Source of the DNA: Octopus vulgaris
Taxonomy: Eukaryota
Direction: 5' to 3'
Assembly: GCA_951406725.2 (NCBI GenBank)
Contig: OX597816.1
Location: forward strand, 125,922,001-125,986,000
DNA: 64,000 bases
A program made the position numbers and the translations under genes. Positions 1 through 11,789 of the stretch are shown piece after piece (within the stretch, counting starts at the first letter, position 1; each line of letters opens with the position of its first letter). The notes beneath the pieces were generated by a model. It saw only the letters and a list, made by a program, of their open reading frames with translations, had not been told where the DNA came from and ran no database searches.

Positions 1-1471
1 CATGTGTATGTGTATGTGAACGTATGTCCGTGTACTGGCATGTGTCCGTCCAAGTTGTGTACATGACTGTTACTTAGCTGAAGGTTGTATACATATTTAC
101 ATATATGTTTGTATAGACGCACACACATATATATATATGTGTGTGGGTGTGTGTTTGTTCCTCTCATCGTCGTCTAACCGTGAATGGGTACAACGCCTAG
201 GTGCGACTGTTCGTATCAAACAACGTCTGCTCATACCGTTGTATATAACTGCACATACGCATTGCAACCTGTATGTAAGGACTACAGGTGAAAGGGAGAG
301 AGAGAGAGAGGGGTGGTTATAGAATAGTCCTTCTGAATGGGATCTGGATGTTATTCCATTCGGACTTTCGGTTGAGAGTAGGTTTGTATTCTTGTATACA
401 AACAGCTTCTGTGACCTGTCTCAACATTGCATCGGTGGGATGTGTAGATAGGATGTTCAACTTAAGCTCCCTAAGGATCCCTTGTGGCAGTCTACAGCAT
501 GTTGGTAGAAGATGGAGTTTGGCTTCCTTTCAATGTAGTTGTCCAGGTGTTCTTTGAACCTATCATTGATGCTTCTAGAGGTCTCACCTATGTATGACTC
601 CGGGTTAGCCGCGCAAGCTCCCTCCTGGCACTTAATCTGGTATACAGTGCCCTTGGTTTTACAATTTACGTGTGGATTTGTCGAACACACTGCACAATTA
701 CTCAGACAGGTAGGACTATCAAATCGGCATTATGCAGATCATATCCATTTGATAGAATCACCTGTCAGAGTAATTGTGCAGTGTGTTCGACAAATCCACA
801 CGTAAATTGTAAAACCAAGGGCACTGTATACCAGATTAAGTGCCAGGAGGGAGCTTGCGCGGCTAACCCGGAGTCATACATAGGTGAGACCTCTAGAAGC
901 ATCAATGATAGGTTCAAAGAACACCTGGACAACTACATTGAAAGGAAGCCAAACTCCATCTTCTACCAACATGCTGTAGACTGCCACAAGGGATCCTTAG
1001 GGGAGCTTAAGTTGAACATCCTATCTACACATCCCACCGATGCAATGTTGAGACAGGTCACAGAAGCTGTTTGTATACAAGAATACAAACCTACTCTCAA
1101 CCGAAAGTCCGAATGGAATAACATCCAGATCCCATTCAGAAGGACTATTCTATAACCACCCCTCTCTCTCTCTCTCCCTTTCACCTGTAGTCCTTACATA
1201 CAGGTTGCAATGCGTATGTGCAGTTATATACAACGGTATGAGCAGACGTTGTTTGATACGAACAGTCGCACCTAGGCGTTGTACCCATTCACGGTTAGAC
1301 GACGATGAGAGGAACAAACACACACCCACACACATATATATATATGTGTGTGCGTCTATACAAACATATATGTAAATATGTATACAACCTTCAGCTAAGT
1401 AACAGTCATGTACACAACTTGGACGGACACATGCCAGTACACGGACATACGTTCACATACACATACACATG
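1..1471. repeat. Near-perfect long inverted repeat (arms 1-703 and 768-1471; left arm runs off the window)
   Basis: 1-703 is the reverse complement of 768-1471. The only difference noticed is one G-run indel (taggga vs tagggga). The ORF track shows mirrored ORFs (137..322+ and 1150..1335-). Confidence 0.97.
697..1155 (+). CDS. C-terminal GIY-YIG endonuclease domain of a Penelope-like element (fragment, no real start codon)
   Basis: ORF 670..1155 contains CQSNCAVC..C.TKGTVYQIKC..C..YIGETSRSINDRFKEH..H..H..EAVCIQEYKPTLN, the PLE GIY-YIG signature with a Cys-rich linker. The first few codons come from the inverted arm. Confidence 0.93.
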   Translation: MTQTGRTIKSALCRSYPFDRITCQSNCAVCSTNPHVNCKTKGTVYQIKCQEGACAANPESYIGETSRSINDRFKEHLDNYIERKPNSIFYQHAVDCHKGSLGELKLNILSTHPTDAMLRQVTEAVCIQEYKPTLNRKSEWNNIQIPFRRTIL

Positions 1472-2174
1472 TACACATGCATACGGGCGCGTATACATAC
1501 ATACGCACATGCGTACGTATGTACATACATACATACATACATACATACATACATACATACATACATACATACATACATACGCACATACATACATACATAC
1601 GAACAATAGTAAAACATTAGTTCTGTGATATAGAGATAAAAATCTGATAATAGATTTTAGGGTATAGTTCTTGTGAGCAAGCATCATAAATTCACTTTCT
1701 AGCCTCGGCCGTAGGGAGTTGAAATTTGATAGCGTTGTGATGAGTGGTCACTCTACATCCATCCATCGCTACAGGTTTATAACTTTATGTTTTATAGAGT
1801 GTATGTGCGTGCTTATACACACACATACATATATACATACATACATACATACATGCATACACAGGCGTATGTGCGGACATGAATACGTACATACATACAC
1901 ACATGTATGCATACATACACACATACATACGTACATACATATATATGACGAACTAACTGTTACTTTCTTAGATGCAGCACGGACTTTGTCAGTGAACAGG
2001 TCGCGGATTTTAGCGACGAAAATATTTTGACAAATTAAACTTAAATGTTGGAGTGAATCGAACGGCTTTTGTGTGTTTCTTAAATGGCTTATAAACACCT
2101 CCCACGCTGCAATTGTTTTCGTTTCAGCACACGATCTCAGATCAAATTACTTGCTATGCGAGTACATCTCCGTA
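704..2174 (+). mobile_element. 5'-truncated Penelope-like retroelement: GIY-YIG endonuclease end plus 3' region containing a hammerhead
   Basis: GIY-YIG ORF, then a microsatellite-interrupted 3' region, a hammerhead at 1985-2034 and an end abutting a TA array. Whether 1600-2174 belongs to the same insertion is inferred. Confidence 0.75.
1985..2034 (+). ncRNA. Minimal type I hammerhead ribozyme with G3-C8 core variant
   Basis: tttgtca-GTGAACA-g-gtcgc(ggatttta)gcgac-GAAA-atat-T-T-tgacaaa: 7-bp stem I, 5-bp stem II, palindromic stem III AATATT. Predicted cleavage after 2027. Confidence 0.8.
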
Positions 2175-2284
2175 ATATATACACATATATATCCATATAT
2201 ATATATACATATATATATCCAAATATATATATATATACACATATATATCCAAATATATATATATATATATACACATATATATCC

Positions 2285-2317
<33 letters not shown>

Positions 2318-2483
2318 TCCATATATATATATACATACATACATACATATAATATACACACATATATCCATATATATACATATATACACATATATATCCA
2401 TATATATATATATATACACACATATATATCCATATATATATACATATACATCCATATATATATATATATACACATATATATCC

Positions 2484-2516
<33 letters not shown>

Positions 2517-2870
2517 TATCCATATATATATATATATACACATATATATCCATATATATATATACACATATATATCCATATATATATATATATATACACA
2601 TATATATCCATATATATATATATATATACACATATATATCCATATATATATATATATACACATATATATCCATATATATATATATACACATATATATCCA
2701 TATATATATATATATACACATATATATCCATATATATATATATATACACATATATATCCATATATATATATATATATACACATATATATCCATATATATA
2801 TATATATATACACATATATATCATATATATATATATATATACACATATATATCCATATACACATATATAT

Positions 2871-2913
<43 letters not shown>

Positions 2914-3052
2914 TATCCATATATATATATACACATAAATCCATATATATATATACACATATATATCCATATATATATATATACACATATATATCCATAT
3001 ATATATATATACACATATATATCCATATATATATATATATAACAATATATCC

Positions 3053-3083
<31 letters not shown>

Positions 3084-3444
3084 TCCATATATATATATAC
3101 ACATATATATATATATATCCATATATATATATACACATATATATCCATATATATATATACACATATATATCCATATATATATATATACACATATATACAT
3201 ATATATATATATACACATATATATATATATATATATACACATATATATCCATATATATATACACATATATATCCATATATATATATATATATACATATAT
3301 ATCCATATATATATATACATATATATCCATATATATATATACATATATATCCATATATATATATACATATATATCCATATATACATATATATATACACAT
3401 ATATATATATACATATATATACACATGTGCATGTCTTCATATAT
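2175..3444. repeat. Compound TA-rich minisatellite (unit about acacatatatatcc(at)n)
   Basis: Directly visible; source of the spurious Y/I/H ORFs. Confidence 0.95.
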
Positions 3445-3536
3445 GATTGATTGATTGATTGATTGATTCTAGTTTCAGCTCAAGAGCTGTGGCCATGCTG
3501 GGGCACTGCCATTTGGTGTTGCTACATGGTTTTACT

Positions 3537-4058
3537 TCATGAATACTTTTTAGCAACTGCCATTTGGTGCATGAGAGAGTTCGATGCAGCTGCCCTCATC
3601 TGCACCTCCTGCCGTGAAGTTGGTTCATCTGGGATACCTGACAAGAAGAGATCCAGTTTCATTTTAAAGACATCTGCATCCACCCCATGCAGGTCTCTTA
3701 GGTTCTTCGGGAGGATATTGAAGAGCTGTAGGCCTCGGAAGCCCAGGCTATCACAGTATCTTGTCCTACATCTTGATGGCAAATTTGGAGTCCTTGGCAC
3801 CACTGCGTGGTGCCCAGTTCTGGCATTTGTGTAACTCTCGATGCCAAAGTTTGGGACAAGTCCTTCCAGGATCTTCCAGATGTATACTAAGGCATATCTT
3901 TCTCGCCTACGCTCCAAGGAATAGAGTTTTAATCTCTTGAGTCTTTCCCAGTAGCTTATATTCTGCACAGAGGCTATCTTCTGCGTGTAGCTACGTTGGA
4001 TCGCCTCAAGTTCTGTGATCAACTTGACACTGGATGGTGGCCATAGCTGAGAGCAATA
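3537..4058 (-). pseudogene. LINE ORF2 C-terminal part after the deletion junction
   Basis: YCSQLWPPSSVKLITELEAIQRSYTQKI...FKMKLDLFLSGIPDEP. Confidence 0.9.
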
Positions 4059-6010
4059 CTACCACCTGACTGACTTCTATCTTTCAGAAAGTCATGAAGC
4101 CATTCTCCCAGTTTTCCAACTATGCTAAGATCATGCAGTTTCTGACATATCATTCCATGATCGACTTTATCAAAGGCCTTTGCAAAGTCAAGATATATCA
4201 CTTCCACATTTGAGTGGTTGAGCAGTCGTTTCAGCACCCAGTCATAGTATTGTAGGAGCTGAGTTAAGTAGCTTCTGCCTGGTCGGAAACCATGTTGGGT
4301 GTCAGGCAGCAAGTCATTTTCTTCAAGGAAGGTGATCAGATTCCTTCTGACTATTCGTTCCATGACCTTGCTGATGTGTGAGGTCAGAGAGATAGCTCTG
4401 TAGTTCTTGGCCTCCGCTCTGCTACCTCCTTTATGAATAGGGCATATTTTACCTTCCTTCAGTTTTCTTGGAAGTTTGCCAGTTGCAAGGAAGCTCTGAA
4501 AGTGGAACTGCAGTGGTCTTGCTAGGACTCTCTTACATACTTTTAGGAGGATTGCCGGGAATCCATCGGGGCCAGTAGCTGAGTCTGTTTTCATTTCGTC
4601 TATAGCCTTTATTACATCGTCTTCCTTTATATCGATGTAATCTATCGTCGCTGCCTCTGATTTTATATCTGCAGTGGTAAAGAAGTCAGTTGGATTGGTG
4701 ATTTGGAAATGCCCAAGGGGTGGAGTGAAAACACTCTTGAATTGTTCATTCAGTATTTCACTTACCCTCATTGGTTTTCCTGTGAGTGTGCCATCCTTTT
4801 CAAGGAGTGGCCCTATCCTACAGTGCACCGTAGCTGTTTCTTTGGCATACCTGTAGAAAGCTCTGGGGTTAGATTTTATGTTGTCTATAACCCAGGCTTC
4901 TTTGTCTGCTCTTTCCTTTTCATGGGAGAGTTGCAGACATTTTTCAATTTCCAACAGTTTTATTTTCAGGCGGGACTTTTCACTGCTTTCAATTTGTTTG
5001 TTTAGGCGATTTGAAATTTTTGTACGCCGTCTCATTAAAATTTTCCTCTCTCTGGGGATTTTGTTCTTGTGTACAGTGGCCTTTCTCTCTGGGACACATT
5101 TGTAGCATATGGCTTGCATTACAGACATGAATTGTTGAAGTTTCACGTCGATGTCTGGCGAGGAGAAACATTCAGGCCAGTTTTGTTTGAGGATCTCTTT
5201 CTCAATTTGTTTCCAGTTTGCCTTATGGAAGTTCAAGCTGGAAAGATTCTGAGGGTTTCTTGTAGGCTGCATGTCCATGCTTTCCTTTGGCCCGTACATG
5301 GTCAGCTCTACCATGTTGTGATCCGAGAGTAGTGTCGGTGTCACTTTCACATTATGGATGAGATCCATATTATTTGTGAAGCAGAGATCCAGTGTGTTAC
5401 CCGCTCTGGTTGGTTGGAGTATTACCTGCTCCATGTACAGGGTGTTGATGAGGTTCAGGAGGGACCTCGCCTGTCCTCGTTCACATCTTGGCATTCCTGG
5501 GAGAGAAAAGCCCTCAGGCCATCTGACATTGGGTAGATTGAAGTCTCCCATAAGAAGTACACTTATGTGTTGTTCTAATGTGATTAGAACTTCTATTTTT
5601 ATAAGGCAGTCTTCAAACTTGCCTACATGGCTTGGGGCATCTGGAGGGCGATATGTAGCACACACAACTACATCAAGTTGCCTTATATGTGCAATTAGTG
5701 TGTCACACACCGAGTTTGAGTATGACAAAAGGCCCTGGGGTGTGAGGTCCTCACGGATGTACATAGCAACTCCTCCATGACTCCTTTCTTTTCTGTCGGT
5801 CCGTAGTACAACATACTGTGGTATGTGTAATTCCGCATCTGCTATGTCCGGTTTCAGGTGCGTTTCCATAAGTGCTATGCATAAGGCTTGATTGCATGCA
5901 ACAAAGTCTCTCAAGAACGGGATTTTTGTACTGTTACTGAGTGTTTGCAGTCCTCTGATGTTCAGTAGGAGCATCGAGGTGAGGTGTATGCTGTTGCCGG
6001 CGGTGTCCAC
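4019..6010 (-). pseudogene. LINE ORF2 N-terminal part: APE endonuclease plus first RT motifs
   Basis: LNIRGL, ETHL, HGGVAMY, YRPP, GDFN, LDLCF, SDH, GPDG, NYRAISL, QHGFR and YLDFAKAFDKVDH are present. The frame shifts after KDRSQ. Confidence 0.92.
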
Positions 6011-6017
6011 CTTGGGT

Positions 6018-6501
6018 CTATTTGCTGTGGTGGTTTGTATATTGTGGATAGTCCCATCTGCGAGCTTGGGTTTGATGAAGCCAGGTTAGCTGCTGTACAA
6101 TCTTTTGTGCCATGCACAAAAAAGATTCTTGTTCAGCAGTTGCCCTTTCAACAACATCATGTTGGCAGTTTGTGGCACGCACCACATCTGCGTACCTCCG
6201 TTTTGGGGCAGGTGGTGCATGGTCCATGCCTTTTCCTTTTGTTAGTTGGTTTCTGATCTGTTTCGTGTCTCTGCGGCAGGGTCCCCGATGTGCAAAATGG
6301 CAGCCTGCACCTTCCTCTCCATGCCAGCAGGTACCTCTCAGGTAGAACCTACACACCCGTGTGCGCTGTTTGTTTCCATCCCTTTTGGTATATGGATAGT
6401 CAGTTTTACTTCTATTCTTGGCTGTTTCATTTTTTGATTTTGTTTGAGTTTTTCTTTTAGTTTTTCCTCCTTTTATTTCTTTTTTGGGTTTTTCATCTCC
6501 A
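6018..6501 (-). pseudogene. LINE ORF1 3' fragment with CCCH-type zinc finger
   Basis: [24 protein letters not shown] lies immediately upstream of ORF2; the 5' side is lost in a TA array. Confidence 0.75.
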
Positions 6502-6945
<444 letters not shown>

Positions 6946-7221
6946 CATCTTTCTGTCCATTTCCTTCCTAAAGACAACACGTGCTTATACCTGTCTCCTC
7001 TCATAAGCTCGTCTTCCTAGCACTCCTAATAATTTTTCTATCGTCTTCGATTAACAGCCCTCACCATTTGATTTTACTGTTTTGTTCTCACTGTCCTGTT
7101 TTGCTACCATGTTCACCGCCCACAAAAAATCCCCAATTTGATTTAATTTGCTTTGCGGGAAGGACTGTTTCACCCAAATCGCGTATTGTCTTTGCCTACG
7201 GAATGCGGAGTAGATGAAACA

Positions 7222-7323
7222 GGGACAACTGATGAAGTGCAATATTGTTTTTGTTGTATGTTTCGTTTCTCTCTTTGTGTTTTTCATTGTTCGAAAAGAA
7301 TTTTCTTTCTTTCTTTTTGTCTT
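7222..7323 (+). ncRNA. Type I hammerhead-like motif in a short interspersed repeat (about 6946-7345)
   Basis: gggacaa-CTGATGA-a-gtgcaat...attgttc-GAAA-agaa(10 nt)ttct-T-T-ttgtctt. All core bases are present, but the stems rely on G-U pairs and T-rich sequence. Confidence 0.5.
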
Positions 7324-7509
7324 TATGATGTCCTGTACCCATATATGCATGTATATATACATATATACCAATATATGTTTATATATATATATATATAGAA
7401 ATTCGGGGTGAGTACTTGATAATTATAAGCACCTGTGTATACTGTTTGGTGGTGTAGGTGGTGGAGTAAATTGATCAAAATAAAATAAAAACATGATGCG
7501 AAGGACTCA

Positions 7510-7587
7510 GCGGTACATATGTTTCGGGCCTTTATTAGACAGATTTATAACAATGCATAATGTATGTCTGTGGCCTTCTTCAGCCGC
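7510..7587 (-). ncRNA. Type I hammerhead ribozyme (minus-strand copy)
   Basis: Exact reverse complement of 9726-9803. Confidence 0.85.
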
Positions 7588-9725
7588 GCACAACAGCTTC
7601 CACAAGGACATGTGTTACATCAAAAATTCTTGGTTGGGATGCAAATCCTCTCATTCGTGTACGACATAATGCGGCAGCAGCATAGAATTGAAGCGTCCAT
7701 CTCTTTCTTCTCTCAATGTAGAGTGAGGAAAATTGGATGTTGAGGTAATGTAAATAAATAAATACATATATAGAGGTGAAGATGGAGGGGCGAGAATTCG
7801 GGACGAGGGATAAAAAATGTATAAAAAGTGTAAGTATAGAAAAATATAAAAATGTAGAGCATAAAGATATAAAGAGTTATAAGGAGATGTAAAGGGGGTA
7901 TAAAGAATATAAAGGAATATAAAGAAATATAAATAAATGTAAAGGCATAAGGTTATAAAGTAAAAATAGAAATAGAAATAAAAGTAAAAAAACATGATAA
8001 AAACATGATAAAAGTGTAAAAGAATGTAAAGATAAGGGATGTATAGAGGTTATGGATCAAGCATGGTGGTCAGGAGATTGATAAAATTTAGTTGTAGAAT
8101 TGTCAGTAAATCAACAGTTTCGTCTGGGGACCTAATGTGTTGTAAATCAGAGCTGATGAGCATTTAATCTGGTTCCTTGAATTAAATGGACTTCTAGTAC
8201 ATACATATCATCATGGATACATACACCCACATACACGCGTACATATACGCCTCCAAGCTTATAAGCATACACACGCACTCGCGTGTAAACATGTACATAA
8301 ACACACACGCACCCACACGCACGCACGCGCGTACACACACATACATACAACAGAATATCCGCATGCATACACGGACACTATACGCGTACACACTCACATA
8401 TACATACGCGCGCCCGTCCCTACATACACACACGTGTATGCCCACGCCTCTAGGTCTAGATATAAGATATTAAAGGATGTATATAAGAACGTATGTAAAA
8501 AATCACGTACTCATGTCTATACGTGCACGCACACACGGCTGTGTGTCCGTATGTGCGTGCACATATACACTCATATACACACACAGAGACACACGCGCAC
8601 ATGGGTATAGCTATAAGATATCGAAGTATGCATGTACATATATGCGCGTGCATATGTATGTATGCGTATACACACGTACGCGGACGCTCGTATAGTCAAA
8701 AAATGGATCCATAGGTAAGTAAATAAACATATATAGAGGTGTAAAGCGATAAGTTAGGGGTAAGAATGAGGGTAAGGGTAAAAATTAGAAATAAAAAATA
8801 CAGTATAAAATAAGAAATACAATGTAATAGTTAGAAATGAAATATAAGAATTATAAAAATTATAAGAGTTAAGGTAAGGGATGAAAATAAAAATGAGAAT
8901 AAATGGAAGTAGAATAAAAGTAAAAATAAAAATAAATGGAAGTAGGATAAAAGTAAAAATAAAAGTAAAAATAAAAATAAAATAAAATAAGATAAAAATA
9001 TAATTTGGTAAAGTTTAACATGAGATGAAGGTGGTTGAAAGTTAGAGGTGTGTGTTAAACGTAGGGGCGGGCGGGGGAACTGAAAATTGGAAGGGTGGGA
9101 AGTGGAGTTTGGCGGTGTGCGTTCAACATCCGAGTTAGAAATGTGAAAGGGTATAGATATAGGGAATTAAAGAGACTATATAGGGAGGATATGGGTGTAG
9201 GAGAAGAAATATTTAGGGAAAAGAAGTCATATATGGGAGACAAAATTTGTATATATAGGAGGAAAATGCAGGGAACCGTATATGCACATACACACACGCA
9301 CATGTATATATATATATATATGTACACATACGTACACGTATGTGCACATACATATACACACACACACACATACGCATATACACGCACATATAGGAAAGCG
9401 GGATGTGCTGGAGCAGACAGGTTGCACCGTGTGGGAGGAAATTGCATGGGGGAGTTGGTATAAGACCTAAGCTTTGTAGTATTTGAAAGTAGTAATAAGT
9501 TTATGTATACAGGATGGTTTGAACTCTGACCTTCACCTCTATATATGTATTTATTTATTTACATTACCTCAACATCCAATTTTCCTCACTCTACATTGAG
9601 AGAAGAAAGAGATGGACGCTTCAATTCTATGCTGCTGCCGCATTATGTCGTACGCGAATGAGAGGATTTGCATCCCCAACCAAGAATTTTTGATGTAACA
9701 CATGTCCTTGTGGAAGCTGTTGTGC

Positions 9726-9803
9726 GCGGCTGAAGAAGGCCACAGACATACATTATGCATTGTTATAAATCTGTCTAATAAAGGCCCGAAACATATGTAC
9801 CGC
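9726..9803 (+). ncRNA. Type I hammerhead ribozyme, complete core
   Basis: gcgg-CTGAAGA-a-ggcc-acaga...tctgt..ggcc-c-GAAAC-atat-GTA-ccgc; stem III ACATATGT is palindromic. Predicted cleavage after 9799. Confidence 0.85.
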
Positions 9804-9843
9804 TGAGTCCTTCGCATCATGTTTTTATTTTATTTTGATCAAT

Positions 9844-10035
9844 ATATATATATATATATATCCTTATATATATATATATACACACACATAGGTATGTATA
9901 TATATACATCAATATATATACCTATACACATATATATATATACATGTACACACACACACATATATATATTTGCATATATAAATATATATACCTATATATA
10001 TATACATACATATATATACATATATATACATATAT

Positions 10036-10066
<31 letters not shown>

Positions 10067-10141
10067 CATACATATATATACAAATATATACATATATAGC
10101 CGTATATATATACACATATATAGCCATATATATACATATAT

Positions 10142-10174
<33 letters not shown>

Positions 10175-10224
10175 CATACATATATATACAAATATATACA
10201 TATATAGCCGTATATATATACACA

Positions 10225-10264
<40 letters not shown>

Positions 10265-10389
10265 CATGTATATACATATATATCCATATATATATATCCA
10301 TACACACATATATATATATATATACAAATATATATACATATGTACCTATACACACATATATATATATATATATATGTGTACATATATAC

Positions 10390-10466
<77 letters not shown>

Positions 10467-10472
10467 TATATG

Positions 10473-10510
<38 letters not shown>

Positions 10511-10544
10511 TATGTATATAATATATATATATATATATATATAT

Positions 10545-10604
<60 letters not shown>

Positions 10605-10854
10605 CATGTATATACATATATATATATGTACATGCATACATATATGCATGTATATAAATATATATATGTACATATACATATATGCATGCATATAAATATA
10701 TATATGTACATATACATATATATATGTATATATACATATATATGTATATATACAGGTATATATATATACAGGTATATATATATATGCATATATATACGCA
10801 TATATATACATATATACACATATATATATATACATATATAAATACGTGTATATA

Positions 10855-10890
<36 letters not shown>

Positions 10891-10920
10891 AATATATACA
10901 AATATATATATATATATATT
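9844..10920. repeat. (TA)n/(CATA)n microsatellite
   Basis: Directly visible; similar sequence continues at 11128-11760. Confidence 0.95.
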
Positions 10921-10958
10921 TTTTTTCTTTCCTTCTTTCTGTGTTTTTTCTCTGTGTA

Positions 10959-10996
10959 TCTTTCTGTTGAAGAGCGTAGGCTCGAAACGTTAAAGA
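10959..10996 (+). ncRNA. Minimal type I hammerhead with A6U core variant, in a ~200-bp insert (10921-11128) within a TA array
   Basis: tcttt-CTGTTGA-a-gagc(gtag)gctc-GAAAC-GTT-aaaga: perfect stems I and II, ACGT palindromic stem III. Confidence 0.75.
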
Positions 10997-11393
10997 CTTG
11001 TTTTATTTATATTTCATGAGCGCCATACTAATACAATTGTTTGTTTGTATTCCACCTGCCTTCGTCTTTTGTTTATTTCTGTAAACCTGCCTTCGTCTTT
11101 TGTCTATTTTCATAAAGCTCCCCGTTATACATATATATATATATACATAAATATATACACATATTTATAAAGATATATGTACACATATACAAATATATAT
11201 ATATACATACATATACAATGATAAATCTCAGAGCGAGTTATAAAAAAGTGAAATCAATATATATACATATATTTATATAGATATATATACATATATGCAT
11301 ATATGGATTTATATGCATATATATATGCATAAATTCATACATAAATATAAATATATATATATTTACATATATATATATCTATATCCATATATA

Positions 11394-11424
<31 letters not shown>

Positions 11425-11789
11425 ACATACATATACATATATAATACATACATATATATATATGCATATTCATATATATATATATAAATATACATAAATA
11501 TATACAAATATACATAAATATATATATATGTATATTCATATATGGATATACATGCATACACACACATATATATATACATACATATATATAAGCATAAATA
11601 TATATATATACACATATATATAAATGGATATATATACATACATATAGATATACATATGGATACATATATATATACATATATTCATACATATATATATATT
11701 TATATATATACATGGTTATATATATATACATGGATATATATATATGAATATATATATATGTCGATATAAAAAGCAGTGATTAAAAAAAA

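Larger units (their letters stand above)
3445..6501 (-). mobile_element. CR1-group non-LTR retrotransposon (LINE), young copy with internal RT deletion and (AATC)n tail
   Basis: ORF1 remnant with CCCH finger, APE endonuclease, partial RT, C-terminal LYSLERRRERY..IWKILEGLVPN, and (gatt)n at 3445-3468. Both ends lie in TA arrays. Confidence 0.93.
7397..9843 (-). mobile_element. Non-coding element with about 312-bp inverted terminal repeats (7470-7781 and 9531-9843), each carrying a hammerhead; inverted-pLTR PLE derivative
   Basis: The arms differ by one substitution and one G-run indel that I could see. The interior is AT-rich and microsatellite-rich with no credible ORF. Flanked by TA arrays. 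Confidence 0.85.

Noticed and set aside
288-1184. ORFs 288..557, 539..805 and 963..1184
   Set aside because: Antisense or mirror translations of the GIY-YIG fragment created by the inverted repeat.
2175-3444. Regularly spaced repeats resembling a CRISPR array
   Set aside because: No unique spacers, no cas genes and a eukaryotic context; this is a minisatellite.
2073-3446. Long Y/I/H-rich ORFs of 200-457 aa (also 6444-7020, 9819-10901, 11363-11769)
   Set aside because: Translations of TA-rich microsatellites that lack stop codons by composition.
8150-8195. CTGATGAG followed by a catttaat/attaaatg hairpin
   Set aside because: No GAAA or NUH follows the stem, so it is at most half a hammerhead.
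9569-9820. 83-aa ORF in the inverted repeat
   Set aside because: Antisense to the hammerhead, no recognisable motif, and frameshifted in the other arm.
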